Below, in pieces: positions 27,021-37,071 of a DNA stretch of 64,000 bases (position 1 is its first letter; every line of letters begins with the position of its first letter). The notes under the pieces were generated by a model. The model saw nothing but the letters and a program-made list of their open reading frames with translations. It was not told where the DNA came from and did not search any database. The position numbers were made by a program, and so were the translations under genes. The DNA is from Chthoniobacterales bacterium. Lineage in GTDB: Bacteria; Verrucomicrobiota; Verrucomicrobiia; Chthoniobacterales; JACTMZ01. Location: contig JBMOJP010000003.1 in the NCBI GenBank assembly GCA_049315725.1, forward strand, positions 7,909 to 71,908, written 5' to 3'.

Positions 27021-28348
27021 TGAGAGGGGAGGAAATCACGGGCGGGTCGCCTGCGCCCTGTGGTGCTGAAGCCGAGCGGGTAGCCCGGACGGCACGGGTT
27101 CGGGCCGCCCTGCCGACGGGAGGGCTTTTCGCCGGCAAGGATTGGCGCATCGCGTCAGAGCCCTTTGTGCTGCCCCCGGGCATGGCGGAGGATTTGCAGA
27201 AGTTGGGTTTCCGTCTGCGGAAATTTGTCGAGGCTTCTAACCTGCTCTACCGGCTCAGCGTGGCGGGGAAGCAACCGGCTTGGATCGCGGAGTTTCTTGA
27301 TCGGGGCAAACCACCGGAATTGCTGGAGTTGGCACGGGCCAAAGCCCTCGCGGGGGAAACTCCACGGGTCATCCGTCCGGATGTTATTCTGACTGACGAT
27401 GGTTTTATTCTGGCCGAGTTGGACAGCGTGCCGGGAGGGATCGGTCTGACCGCCTGGCTGAACGAAGTCTATGCAGCCGAGGGGTTCAATGTTCTCGGTG
27501 GGACGGGCATGATCGACTGCTTCGCCGCGCTGGCGGGCGGCCGGGACATTCTCATTTCGCGCGAAGCGGGGGATTATCGCCCGGAAATGGAGTGGATGGC
27601 AGCCCGCGTCGAGGCGCGGGTTATCGAGGTGGAGAATCCTCCGCACGACCTGGCGGCGAACGTGTATCGGTTTTTCGAGTTGTTCGATCTGCCGAACATT
27701 CCCCGGTCCATGGAACTGCTGCGCGGGGTGGCCGAGGGCCGTCGCTTCATGAGCCCGCCGCCCAAGCCCTGGCTGGAGGAAAAATCGTGGTTTGCCTTGT
27801 TCTGGCTGCGCCCTCTGGCCGAATTCTGGCGGCGTGAGTTGGGCGAGAGGCACCTCCTCGAACTGCAAAAAGTCATCCCGCGCACCTGGCTGATGGACCC
27901 GCAGCCGCTGCCTGTGACCGCGGTGATTCCAGAGTTGGGCATTCAGCACTGGGATGAGCTGAAGAAATTCAGCCAACGCGGGCGCGAGCTGGTCCTGAAG
28001 ATCAGCGGATTTTCCGCCCTGGCCTGGGGCTCGCGCAGTGTGAAGGTCGGTCAGGATTTGTCTCAGGACGATTGGGCCCGCGCGGTTGATCAGGCTTTGG
28101 ATGATTGGTTTGCGCAGCCGTGGATTTTGCAAAAGTTTCATCACTCACGTGTCGTGGACCTGGATTACGCCGAGGACGGTCGGATGACCCGGATGAAGGG
28201 CCGCGTGCGCTTGTGCCCGTATTACTTTTGCGGCGAACGCGAGACCAAGCTCGGTGGCGTGCTGGCGACAGTTTGTCCGGCGGACAAAAAACTTCTCCAC
28301 GGCATGCGGGATGCCATCCTCACGCCCGTGATGGCGGGACAGGCCTAG
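27017..28348 (+). CDS. Hypothetical protein, ATP-grasp-superfamily-like (glutathionylspermidine-synthase / circularly permuted ATP-grasp type)
   Basis: 443 aa. IRPDVILTDDGFILAELDSVPGG and LVLKISGFS...WILQKF...RLCPYYF...LGGVLATVCP resemble the GSP-synthase/ATP-grasp pattern. This is remembered similarity, not an alignment. Start overlaps the ruvA stop. Confidence 0.45.
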   Translation: MMRGEEITGGSPAPCGAEAERVARTARVRAALPTGGLFAGKDWRIASEPFVLPPGMAEDLQKLGFRLRKFVEASNLLYRLSVAGKQPAWIAEFLDRGKPPELLELARAKALAGETPRVIRPDVILTDDGFILAELDSVPGGIGLTAWLNEVYAAEGFNVLGGTGMIDCFAALAGGRDILISREAGDYRPEMEWMAARVEARVIEVENPPHDLAANVYRFFELFDLPNIPRSMELLRGVAEGRRFMSPPPKPWLEEKSWFALFWLRPLAEFWRRELGERHLLELQKVIPRTWLMDPQPLPVTAVIPELGIQHWDELKKFSQRGRELVLKISGFSALAWGSRSVKVGQDLSQDDWARAVDQALDDWFAQPWILQKFHHSRVVDLDYAEDGRMTRMKGRVRLCPYYFCGERETKLGGVLATVCPADKKLLHGMRDAILTPVMAGQA

Positions 28349-28423
28349 GTTCGGACCTTGATTGACGCAGGCTTCGTTCCTGTTTTTCGCACGAAGGTTG
28401 GTCCAATCCGTCCGATCAAAGAC

Positions 28424-29542
28424 TCAGCGCGGGGTGAGGATGCGCACTAGCAACTGCTGGAGGATGAGGGCGGGGTCTGAGCCGGTGGACATGATGGCCG
28501 TGGTGGCCTCCGCGCAGGCGATGGTGGCTTCGGTCAGTTCGGAGACTTTGAAACGCCGGGCCTCCTGGGCGGCAAGGTAAAGGGGATAGGCATTGATCGT
28601 GCCGTCCTTCTTGCGGGGGATGACTTCACGTGCGTCCTCCGGCAGTTGCTCGAGGGCGGATTGAAACGCCGGGTAGCTCGGAGGCACGCGCAGTCCGTGC
28701 TCGTGGACGAGGAGGGCGGCGGCGAGAAGTTTCTGCACGGTGGGCATGATCGCGGCATAGAGAAGTCCGACCGGGTCCTCCCCTTGGCGCAGCAATTTTT
28801 GCAGGCAGTTGCTCGCTTCGCGCAGATTGCGGCGGGCGAGGCAGTTGCCCAATTCGAAAATAATCCCGCGGCGGGTCTCCGGGACAAGGAGCCGGATGTC
28901 CTCCGTGCTGATCGTGCGGCGTTCGTCCCCGAGGTAGACGTCGATCTTGTCGAGTTCGTTGGCGACTTGCCGAGTGTCGGATCCGACGAAGGCGGCAAAA
29001 CGCTCGAGCGCGTCGGGCTCGAACTTCAGCCTGCGCTGGCGGGCGCCGTCCGTGGCCGCTTTCCGCGCGGCCTCATCCTCGTCGTAGCGCGGACCGGAGG
29101 GTTTGTCGCACACGATGACCGTGCCGAGCTTGGCCAGGGATTTGTAGAAGCTGCGGCGTTTGTCCGGGCTGATTGCGCTCAGGAGGAGCTGTGTGCCGGG
29201 CGGAAGTCCGGCGGTGAGAAAGGCCTGCAGTTCCTCGACCGCGGCAAGAACCGTCTTGCTCCCGCCGAGTTGGGTGTCGGCGAGAAAATTGACGTTCTTG
29301 AGCCAGACGAGTTTCTCGGCGGCGAGAAAGCCGGGCATGCTGAGAGAGAGGATGGCCTCATGGATGATTGACGTGGCGTGGTCCGCGTTGTCCGCCTGGG
29401 CGTCAATGGTCTCGAGGCCGAAATCGCCTCCACCGGGCGGGGTCAGCTCGGCCGCCAACTCACGAGCCCGGGCCTTGACCGCGTGGTCGTCATTGCCGGC
29501 CACAACGGTGAGGGCGGTTTTCGGAGGGGCGGAGGCAGGCAT
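28424..29542 (-). CDS. holA: DNA polymerase III subunit delta
   Basis: 372 aa with HolA-like organisation (...PGFLAAEKLVWLKNVNFL...; C-terminal helical domain) next to uvrB. The motifs are weakly diagnostic. Confidence 0.65.
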   Translation of the reverse strand: MPASAPPKTALTVVAGNDDHAVKARARELAAELTPPGGGDFGLETIDAQADNADHATSIIHEAILSLSMPGFLAAEKLVWLKNVNFLADTQLGGSKTVLAAVEELQAFLTAGLPPGTQLLLSAISPDKRRSFYKSLAKLGTVIVCDKPSGPRYDEDEAARKAATDGARQRRLKFEPDALERFAAFVGSDTRQVANELDKIDVYLGDERRTISTEDIRLLVPETRRGIIFELGNCLARRNLREASNCLQKLLRQGEDPVGLLYAAIMPTVQKLLAAALLVHEHGLRVPPSYPAFQSALEQLPEDAREVIPRKKDGTINAYPLYLAAQEARRFKVSELTEATIACAEATTAIMSTGSDPALILQQLLVRILTPR

Positions 29543-29544
29543 GG

Positions 29545-31707
29545 TCAGGAAGGGCGGCGGGAAGTGTTGCGCTTCTTGCCAGCGTAGGACACCGGGCGGC
29601 GGGACGAGGAGATTTTTTCCAGCCCGGCCCCGGACTTCAATTCCATGATCTGGTCGCGCAGGAGGGCGGCACGCTCGAATTCGAGGGCGGCGGAGGCTTC
29701 ATCCATTTCCTGCGAGAGTTCGGCCAGCAGGTCGGTGAGGGAGAGGCCGGCCCCATCCTCCCGGACCACGGAAGTTTCGTCCGGCCTTCCGCGCAGGATG
29801 ACGTGGAGACTTTCCTGCACGGCCCGCTGCACGCTGCGCGGGGTGATGCCGTGCTTTTCATTGTATTCCATCTGGCGCTGGCGCCGGTAGTCGCTGATGG
29901 CCACAAGGGCGCGGATGCTTCCGGTCATGGTGTCGGCGAAAAGCACCACCTCGCCGTCCGCGTGACGCGCGGCCCGCCCGGCCGTCTGGATGAGGGAAGT
30001 CTGGCTGCGCAGATAGCCTTCCTTGTCCGCGTCGAGGATGCAAACCAGCCCGACCTCGGGAAGGTCGAGGCCTTCGCGCAGGAGATTGATGCCCACGAGG
30101 ATGTCAAACTCGCCGCTGCGCAAGGCCCGCAGGATCTCCACCCGCTCGATCGTGTCCACGTCGCTGTGAAGATAGCGGACCTTGAGACCGATTTCGCGCA
30201 GGTAGTCCGTCAGATCCTCGGCCGTGCGCTTGGTCAGGGTGGTGACGAGGATCCGCTGCTGCTTCTCGATCCGCTGTCGACAGAGTTCGATGGTTTCGTC
30301 AATCTGGGCGGCGAGCGGACGAATGGTGATGCGGGGGTCGAGCAGTCCGGTTGGCCGGATGATTTGCTCCGCCACGAGCGGCGCGCCGGGGGTGTGGGGA
30401 TCAAAATCCGTCCGGGCGCGCTCGAGGAGGGCGGCGCTTTCCTCGATCGACAGACGGTTGTCCGCGGTGACGGCGGGAAAATATTTGTCGTTTCCGACGT
30501 GGCTGTTGCGGATTTCAAAATCGCCGGGGGTCGCGCTCATGTAGAGCAATTGGTTGGTCATGCCCATGAACTCGGGGAAGTTGAGCGGACGGTTGTCCAT
30601 CGCGCTGGGCAGACGAAAGCCGTAATCGACGAGGACCTGCTTGCGCGAGCGATCGCCGGCATACATCCCGCCGATCTGCGGAATGGAGGCATGGGATTCG
30701 TCGATGACGCAGACAAAATCGCGGGGAAAAAAGTCCAGCAGAGTGTAGGGGCGGGAACCGGGCGGTCGGCCGCTGAGGTGGCGCGAGTAGTTCTCGATCC
30801 CGCTGCAGAACCCCATCTCTTCCATCATCTCAAGGTCGAACTCGGTGCGCATTTTGAGGCGTTGAGACTCGAGGAGCTGCCCGCGGGCTTCGAGTTCGGC
30901 CAGCCGCTCGTCGAGCTCCGTGCGAATGGTCCCGAGGGCGCGCCGGAGTTTGTCCTGCGGGGTGACGAATTGCTTGGCTGGAAAGATGGTCAGCCCAGGC
31001 AGGCTTTCCATCACCGTGCCAGTCAGGGGGTCGAAGAGGCTGATGCGTTCAACCTCATCGCCGAAAAACTCCACCCGCACGGCCTGCTCGTCATAGTTGG
31101 CCGGGTGGACCTCGACGACGTCGCCGCGGACGCGGAATTTGCCGCGGGCGAAGGCGATGTCGTTGCGCTCGTAGAGAAGGTCAACCAGCCGACCGAGGAG
31201 AGCTTCGCGGGAAAGCTCTCCGCCCGTTTGCAGCGGGAGGAGCATGTTCCGGTAATCCTCGGGGGAACCCAATCCATAGATGCAGGAGACGCTGGCCACG
31301 ACCAGCACGTCGCGGCGGGTCAGAAGCGAACTGGTGGCCGAGAGACGCAGACGTTCGATCTCCTCATTGATCGCGGAATCCTTCTCGATGTAGGTGTCGG
31401 TCCGGGGGATGTAGGCCTCCGGCTGGTAGTAGTCGAAGTAGCTGACGAAATACTCGACCGCGTTGTCGGGGAAGAACTGCTTGAACTCGGAGTAGAGCTG
31501 GGCGGCCAGCGTTTTGTTGTGGGAGATGACGAGGGTGGGACGGTCGAGGTTGCGGATGATGTTGGCGGCGGTGAACGTCTTGCCCGAGCCGGTGACGCCG
31601 AGAAGGGTTTGGTGGCGGTTGCCCGCCTCGAGTGAGCGGGTGAGTTTCTCGATGGCCGGCCCCTGGTCGCCGCAGGGCTGGTGGGGCGAAGTGAGGCGGA
31701 AGGACAT
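29545..31707 (-). CDS. uvrB: Excinuclease ABC subunit B
   Basis: [10 protein letters not shown], helicase motifs (DESH; [10 protein letters not shown]) and a C-terminal UVR domain ([11 protein letters not shown]). Confidence 0.97.
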   Translation of the reverse strand: MSFRLTSPHQPCGDQGPAIEKLTRSLEAGNRHQTLLGVTGSGKTFTAANIIRNLDRPTLVISHNKTLAAQLYSEFKQFFPDNAVEYFVSYFDYYQPEAYIPRTDTYIEKDSAINEEIERLRLSATSSLLTRRDVLVVASVSCIYGLGSPEDYRNMLLPLQTGGELSREALLGRLVDLLYERNDIAFARGKFRVRGDVVEVHPANYDEQAVRVEFFGDEVERISLFDPLTGTVMESLPGLTIFPAKQFVTPQDKLRRALGTIRTELDERLAELEARGQLLESQRLKMRTEFDLEMMEEMGFCSGIENYSRHLSGRPPGSRPYTLLDFFPRDFVCVIDESHASIPQIGGMYAGDRSRKQVLVDYGFRLPSAMDNRPLNFPEFMGMTNQLLYMSATPGDFEIRNSHVGNDKYFPAVTADNRLSIEESAALLERARTDFDPHTPGAPLVAEQIIRPTGLLDPRITIRPLAAQIDETIELCRQRIEKQQRILVTTLTKRTAEDLTDYLREIGLKVRYLHSDVDTIERVEILRALRSGEFDILVGINLLREGLDLPEVGLVCILDADKEGYLRSQTSLIQTAGRAARHADGEVVLFADTMTGSIRALVAISDYRRQRQMEYNEKHGITPRSVQRAVQESLHVILRGRPDETSVVREDGAGLSLTDLLAELSQEMDEASAALEFERAALLRDQIMELKSGAGLEKISSSRRPVSYAGKKRNTSRRPS

Positions 31708-31841
31708 GGGGCGCGGGCAATCTTAGCGCGGTCGGGGTGGTCAGGCGAGCGAGAGGATGGGGATTGTGCGTCGGGTCGCCCTGACCTACCGTCTCGCCAG
31801 CGCCCCCGCTTTGACGAGGGCCAACTTTTCTTCACAATATC

Positions 31842-32246
31842 ATGGTTAAAATCGTCACTCAGCTCGCCGTCTTCATCGCCAATAAACCGGGAACTCTCGC
31901 CGCCGTCTGCGACGCGCTGGCTAAGGAGGGAATCAATATTTACGGACTGGCGACCTCGGACACGACCGACCACAACGTGGTGCGGTTGGTTCTGAGCGAG
32001 CCGAAGCGGGCTTTGGAGGTGTTCGAGGAGCGGGGAACCCTCGTGGTCGAATCTGAGGTCCTCATGGTGGAGAATCGCAACCAGCCCGGGGCGCTTTCCA
32101 AAATCGCCAAGGCGCTCGCGAAGAAAAAAATCAACATTGAGTATGCCTACCTGGCCAGCCATCCGTCCGACCTCCACGGCCTCCTCATTCTGCGGGTGGC
32201 TGAGACCAAGCTTGCGCTGAGGGCCTTGAAGGCTTTGAAGATTTAG
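31842..32246 (+). CDS. Tandem ACT-domain protein
   Basis: 134 aa with two ACT-like units (VFIANKPGTLAAVCDALAKEGINI; VENRNQPGALSKIAKALAKKKINI). Confidence 0.75.
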   Translation: MVKIVTQLAVFIANKPGTLAAVCDALAKEGINIYGLATSDTTDHNVVRLVLSEPKRALEVFEERGTLVVESEVLMVENRNQPGALSKIAKALAKKKINIEYAYLASHPSDLHGLLILRVAETKLALRALKALKI

Positions 32247-32250
32247 CGCG

Positions 32251-34380
32251 TTAACCGCTGGATTGTCCGCGTGCTCCGGCGGCGGAGAGCCCGCTGGCCA
32301 GCGTGGCCAGAGCGACCACCTCGGCCCGCGACCACGGTTGGCGGCTGTGGGGCGCGGCAAAGATGGCGAGGCCGGTCAAGCTGGCGCGCTCCCAGAGGGG
32401 AAAGATGGCAATGTGAGACCCGCGCAGGGCCCCGGCCAACTCGGCCGTCTCGCGAGGCAGAACTTCAAAATTCTCCCCCACCGAGAGGAGGCGAAGGGCC
32501 CGGTCCTGGCATTCTTTCCAGACCGGGTTGAAATCGATGTTCGTCCCGGCCGGCCACGTGACCAAGGGCGCAAGTGCACGGTCGGGTTCGATGCGCATGA
32601 GTGCGGCGTAGTGGCAGTCCCCAGCCTGCCCCGCGAGGTCAAGGGCGTCCTGCAAGTAACCCGCCCCCTGAGGGCCGAGCAAACGTCGCAGCGCCTGATG
32701 GCATCCGGTTTGCAGTCGTTCCAGCCGCCCGAGGCTCAACTCGGTTTGCCGCAGGGTCGTGATGTCGCGATTGCTGGCCCGCCGTCCGCTCCAGGCTCCG
32801 CCATTGTCGTAGACCGAATCGCACGAATGGCTGACCCACGCGGTTTCGCCGTTGCGTCGGATGATTTTAAAATCGAACTGGCAGGGCGGGGAATCGTGGG
32901 CGCAGGCCCGCAAATGATCAACCACCCGCTTGCGGTCCGATGGGTGGATAATCTTGAGCAGGCGACGGGGAAAGACCCGGAACCTCTCGGAAGGATAACC
33001 GGTGAGCTTTTCCGCCGCCTGGGAAGTGAAGATCATGCGGCCGTCGGTTCCGACCCAATACTCCCATGTGCTGGTGTAGTCAGCCGCCGTGCGAAAAAGG
33101 TGTTCGGAGCGCTCAAGTTGGTGACGGCTTTCGAGGCTGAGGCCGACCGAGGTGAAAAGCGAAAGGGCGATGATCATGACCAGCGTCCAGCCGAGGATGC
33201 TGTGCAGGCGTGCGCGGGCGGCCCATTGCGCCCAGTCGTTGGCATCGAAATCAATACCGAGCAAAGCCACAATTTGTCCCGCTTGGTCGCGGACCGGCGC
33301 AAAGGCCGAGACCCAGACACCAAAGCGGTCGGGCAGGGGACCCTCAAGGAACGATGGCCCATCCACGAAAGCCCGGCGCAGTTCCGGGCTGGCCTCGTCA
33401 TAAGGATCGCCCGGTCGGACGGGCCCCAGCGGGTCATCCGGTTGGTCGGCGAGGAAAATGACGCGGCCCTCACGCATGGTCAGGAGGTAGGCGAACCTGC
33501 TCGAAAGTTCCGCATCGGCGGCCGAGCGGACGATTTGTTGGATGTTTTTCAGGCGATGGGTCACGGCCTGGTAGGTGGTCGTGCCCAGGTCCGCCGCGCT
33601 GCCCCGCAGGGCCCGGATGTCGTCGGGGTCGAGCGCCGCGGCTGCGGCCTCGGTCACATGAACGAGATGCCGCCCCTCTAAGCGCAGGGTCTCTGCTCCC
33701 CGGTGCTCGGCCCGATCCGCGGCGACGAGCAAAAGCAGGGGCAGGGCGAGGAACTCCCCGACCGCCCAGCGGGCGAAGCCCCGGCGGGTTTCGGCATGAC
33801 GCACGACGTAAACCAGCCGGAGGCAGATCGCGGCGCCGGCCACGCCGGGAACCAGGGGCCATGTGCTGCGGGTGAGCAAGGCGGCTGCCAGGCTGAGCAG
33901 GAGCACCAACCCGGCCGCCCGCGCCCAGCGCGCTCCCGGCAGATGGTAGGCCATGATGACCAGCAAGGTGAGCGACCCCGCGAGCAAGCCGACCGACCGC
34001 TGGGCGAAGAACACGCGGGAGTAAATCCCGCCGGATTGCGCGGCGAGCGCGGCCCCGGCGAGGGCCACGACCAGCAGCCCGGCGAGCGTTTGGGCCAGCG
34101 GGCCGAGTTTGAACCGTCGCGCCAGAGCGTCGCGCGAGAACTCCAGCCAGGCACCGAGCGAGATCAGGCCGAGCAACGAACCGGCCAAATCGTTGGCCTG
34201 GTAGCTTTGCCAGGCGACGGCGTAGAGCGAATGCCATTCCAGCACCGCCGTGGCCAGGCCTGCGATGCACAGGCGATTCCAACCGGGGAGCGGGCCATCC
34301 AACCGGGCCAACCGCAACCCGGACGACCCAAGGCAGGCGTAGGCTGTGCCAAGGATCAACGGGAGGAGGTCGCCCGGCAT
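32251..34380 (-). CDS. Polytopic membrane sensor (multi-TM, extracytoplasmic domain, PAS, C-terminal GAF-like) without recognisable output domain
   Basis: ATG 34380 lies 4 nt after the panB stop; the track ORF is over-extended to 34671. About 7-8 N-terminal TM, a ~200-aa loop (DRFGVWVSAFAPVRDQAGQIVALLGIDFDA), one TM, then PAS/PAC (WEYWVGTDGRMIFTSQAAEKLTGY...IRRNGETAWV). No His-kinase, GGDEF, EAL or HD-GYP motifs seen. Confidence 0.7.
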   Translation of the reverse strand: MPGDLLPLILGTAYACLGSSGLRLARLDGPLPGWNRLCIAGLATAVLEWHSLYAVAWQSYQANDLAGSLLGLISLGAWLEFSRDALARRFKLGPLAQTLAGLLVVALAGAALAAQSGGIYSRVFFAQRSVGLLAGSLTLLVIMAYHLPGARWARAAGLVLLLSLAAALLTRSTWPLVPGVAGAAICLRLVYVVRHAETRRGFARWAVGEFLALPLLLLVAADRAEHRGAETLRLEGRHLVHVTEAAAAALDPDDIRALRGSAADLGTTTYQAVTHRLKNIQQIVRSAADAELSSRFAYLLTMREGRVIFLADQPDDPLGPVRPGDPYDEASPELRRAFVDGPSFLEGPLPDRFGVWVSAFAPVRDQAGQIVALLGIDFDANDWAQWAARARLHSILGWTLVMIIALSLFTSVGLSLESRHQLERSEHLFRTAADYTSTWEYWVGTDGRMIFTSQAAEKLTGYPSERFRVFPRRLLKIIHPSDRKRVVDHLRACAHDSPPCQFDFKIIRRNGETAWVSHSCDSVYDNGGAWSGRRASNRDITTLRQTELSLGRLERLQTGCHQALRRLLGPQGAGYLQDALDLAGQAGDCHYAALMRIEPDRALAPLVTWPAGTNIDFNPVWKECQDRALRLLSVGENFEVLPRETAELAGALRGSHIAIFPLWERASLTGLAIFAAPHSRQPWSRAEVVALATLASGLSAAGARGQSSG

Positions 34381-34384
34381 GGCC

Positions 34385-35167
34385 TTAGTCGGGATGGGCC
34401 CGGGTGGTGCCGTGAAGCGCGGTGACGTAGTCGCGGACCGCGGCGGAAAATAGTGCGGCCAACTCCGCGCGCGGCTGGGCGAACTTCGGCCGAAACCACG
34501 GAAAGAGTCCGACGAGATCGTGCAGGACAAGGATTTGGCCGTCGCATCCCTCCCCACTGCCGATGCCGATGCTGGGAATGTCGAGGGAGGAGGAAACCTC
34601 GGTGGCGAGTTCCGGCAGAACGATTTCGAGGACCACGGCGAAGGCCCCGGCATCCTGCACGGCGGCCGCATCGCGGCGGATGGCTGCGGCCTCGGAAGCC
34701 GAACGACCTTTGATTTTGTAACCGCCTTCCCGAAGGATTTGCTGGGGCAGCATTCCGAGGTGGGCCAGCACCGGAATGCCGGCTGACGTCAGGGCCCGAA
34801 TCTGCGGAACGACGGCCTCGCCGCCCTCCAGCTTGACCCCGGCGGCCCCCGCTCGCATCACTTTGCGTGCGCTCCGCAAGGCTTGGTCCGGGGATGCGTA
34901 GGTGTTGATCGGAAGGTCGGTGATGACCGGGGCGCGGCTGGCTCCGCGGACCACCGCGCCGGTGTGGCGGATCATGTCCGCCAGCGTGACCTGCGTGGTG
35001 TCAGGAAAACCAAGAACAACCATGCCGAGCGAGTCGCCGACCAGAATCAGATCCACGCCGGCCTCATCGACCAGCCGTCCGGTCGGGTAGTCGTAGGCGG
35101 TGAGTGCTGCAACCGGGCGCCCGGCCGCTTTTTGTTCGCGGAAACGCGTGACGAGAGGGTCATTCAC
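34385..35167 (-). CDS. panB: 3-methyl-2-oxobutanoate hydroxymethyltransferase
   Basis: LTAYDYPTGRL, ILVGDSLGMVVLG, VKLEGG. Confidence 0.95.
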   Translation of the reverse strand: MNDPLVTRFREQKAAGRPVAALTAYDYPTGRLVDEAGVDLILVGDSLGMVVLGFPDTTQVTLADMIRHTGAVVRGASRAPVITDLPINTYASPDQALRSARKVMRAGAAGVKLEGGEAVVPQIRALTSAGIPVLAHLGMLPQQILREGGYKIKGRSASEAAAIRRDAAAVQDAGAFAVVLEIVLPELATEVSSSLDIPSIGIGSGEGCDGQILVLHDLVGLFPWFRPKFAQPRAELAALFSAAVRDYVTALHGTTRAHPD

Positions 35168-35218
35168 AGGAGAAGGGCAATTTCGCGCCGTTTGGGTCGA
35201 GCGGCAAGCCCGCTTCTC

Positions 35219-35725
35219 TCACCAAGTCGTGGCGACGAGGCGGACGGCGGGTTTGGGCGGGAGCGCGTGGAGCAGGGCGCGGATCGTCTGCGTCTGTCCC
35301 GGCAGGACGAGATCGGGCCGGATCTCGGCCAGAGGTTGCAGGACAAAGCGTCGCTCAAACATGCGGGGATGAGGCAGCGTGAGGCCCGGTCCGGAAACCA
35401 CGAGGTCGCCATAGTAGAGAATGTCGAGGTCGAGGGGGCGCGGGATGTTGCGGGCCGGCGAGGAAGCGCGTCCCGCGGCGCGCTCAACCGCGCGGAGTTG
35501 TCCCAGCAGCGCGGTAGAATCAATGTCGGTTTCGATCTCCGCGGTGGCGTTGAGAAAATCCGGCGACCCGGCCGGGCAGTCCAAGGGTTCTGCTTCGTAA
35601 AGCGCGGAAAAAAGAGGAGCGTCCGGACCGGCGTGCAGCGAGGCCAGGAGCCGTCGTGCCGCCGCGAGGGCTGCCGCCCGGTCGCCAAGGTTCGAGCCCA
35701 GAGCCACTCCGACGTTCATGCGCAC
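35219..35725 (-). CDS. folK: 2-amino-4-hydroxy-6-hydroxymethyldihydropteridine diphosphokinase
   Basis: ALGSNLGDR, RPLDLDIL, LTLPHPRMFERRFVLQPL. Confidence 0.9.
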   Translation of the reverse strand: MRMNVGVALGSNLGDRAAALAAARRLLASLHAGPDAPLFSALYEAEPLDCPAGSPDFLNATAEIETDIDSTALLGQLRAVERAAGRASSPARNIPRPLDLDILYYGDLVVSGPGLTLPHPRMFERRFVLQPLAEIRPDLVLPGQTQTIRALLHALPPKPAVRLVATTW

Positions 35726-35805
35726 AACATCGCAGAGAGTCCGCTCCGGGCCAAGCGGGTTCGGCGCAGATTTGCCCCGCCCGCTGGTCCGTGCTAGGAC
35801 AAAGC

Positions 35806-37071
35806 ATGCGCGTTCCTCTGGTCTGCCTGGCCGCCCTGCTCATGTTGTCCCCGGGGCTTCAGGCCCAGGAGGACGATGATGTGACGCCCTACCGCGAGAT
35901 GAAGACCTTCGCGCGGGCCATGGAATTGGTGCGGATGGAGTATGTCGATGGGGACAAGACCGATTACGAGAAGCTGACCTACCATGCGCTGCGCGGAATG
36001 CTCACGGAGCTCGATCCGCACAGCGATTTCATGGAGCCGAAGGATTTTGCCGAGATGCAGGAGGATACCAAGAGCGAGTTCGGCGGTCTTGGGGTGGTGG
36101 TCGGGACGAAGGACAAACGGCTGACCATTGTCGCCCCGATGGAGGGCACGCCCGGATTCCGCGCCGGCCTGCTGCCGGGGGATGTGCTGCTCGAGATTGA
36201 TGGCGAGTCGGCGGAGAAAATCACCCTGCGGGATGCCGTCGACAAACTGCGCGGCGAGCCCGGCACAACTGTCACGTTGGCCGTCGCTCGGGCCGGGCAG
36301 GCCGAGCCGCTTAAATTTTCGCTCGAGCGCGAAGTCATCAAGGTGCCGAGTGTGCGCGGGGCGCGCATCCTCGACGGGGGTGGGCCGCGGATCGGTTACG
36401 TGCGCGTCACGCAATTCAGCGAGCCGACCGGCAAGGAGTTTGCCCGGGCGCTGGACGACTTGGAGAAGCAGGGGCTCGATGGTCTTGTGCTGGATTTGCG
36501 CTTCAACCCCGGTGGCTTGCTCGGCAGTGCGGTTGAGGTGGCGGGTGAGTTTCTCCCGGGTGGCTCGCTCGTGGCTTACACCGAGGGACGCTCGCCCAAC
36601 GCGAGTCGCCGCTATCTTGCCCCCGGCAAGGGACGCAAGCCCCACGAGTATCCCGTGGCCGTGCTGGTCAACGGATCGAGCGCGAGTGGGGCGGAGATTG
36701 TGGCCGGGGCGCTCAAGGACACCGGGCGCGCCCTGCTCGTGGGCGAAACAACTTTTGGCAAAGGCTCGGTCCAAAGCGTCGTCTCATTGCCCGATGGCTC
36801 GGCCGTGCGGCTGACCACGGCGAAGTATTTCACCCCGGGAAAACAGCTGATCCATGGGAAGGGCGTCACGCCCCACATCATTGCCACCATGACCGCCGCC
36901 GAGGAGGCGGAACTGCTGGCGGCCCGGCGTCGGGAGGATTTGCCGCCGTCGAACGACGCCGCAAAAATCAAGGTGCCGGATGATGTGCCCCTGCAGCGCG
37001 CGGCCGACGCTTTGCGGGGCATTCTCCTGCACGCGCAGAAAGGAGCGGCGGCGCCGCCGAAGGAAGCTTGA
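35806..37071 (+). CDS. Carboxy-terminal processing (S41) peptidase
   Basis: Signal peptide from ATG 35806, a PDZ domain (GFRAGLLPGDVLLEIDG), and S41 catalytic regions (VLVNGSSASGAEIVAGAL; TFGKGSVQ). Confidence 0.9.
   Translation: MRVPLVCLAALLMLSPGLQAQEDDDVTPYREMKTFARAMELVRMEYVDGDKTDYEKLTYHALRGMLTELDPHSDFMEPKDFAEMQEDTKSEFGGLGVVVGTKDKRLTIVAPMEGTPGFRAGLLPGDVLLEIDGESAEKITLRDAVDKLRGEPGTTVTLAVARAGQAEPLKFSLEREVIKVPSVRGARILDGGGPRIGYVRVTQFSEPTGKEFARALDDLEKQGLDGLVLDLRFNPGGLLGSAVEVAGEFLPGGSLVAYTEGRSPNASRRYLAPGKGRKPHEYPVAVLVNGSSASGAEIVAGALKDTGRALLVGETTFGKGSVQSVVSLPDGSAVRLTTAKYFTPGKQLIHGKGVTPHIIATMTAAEEAELLAARRREDLPPSNDAAKIKVPDDVPLQRAADALRGILLHAQKGAAAPPKEA

Noticed and set aside
31811-31840. TTGACG-N17-ACAATA upstream of the ACT-domain gene as a promoter.
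   Set aside because: The -10 hexamer ends only 2 nt before the ATG, so the predicted transcription start would fall inside the ORF. No alternative downstream start codon rescues the arrangement.
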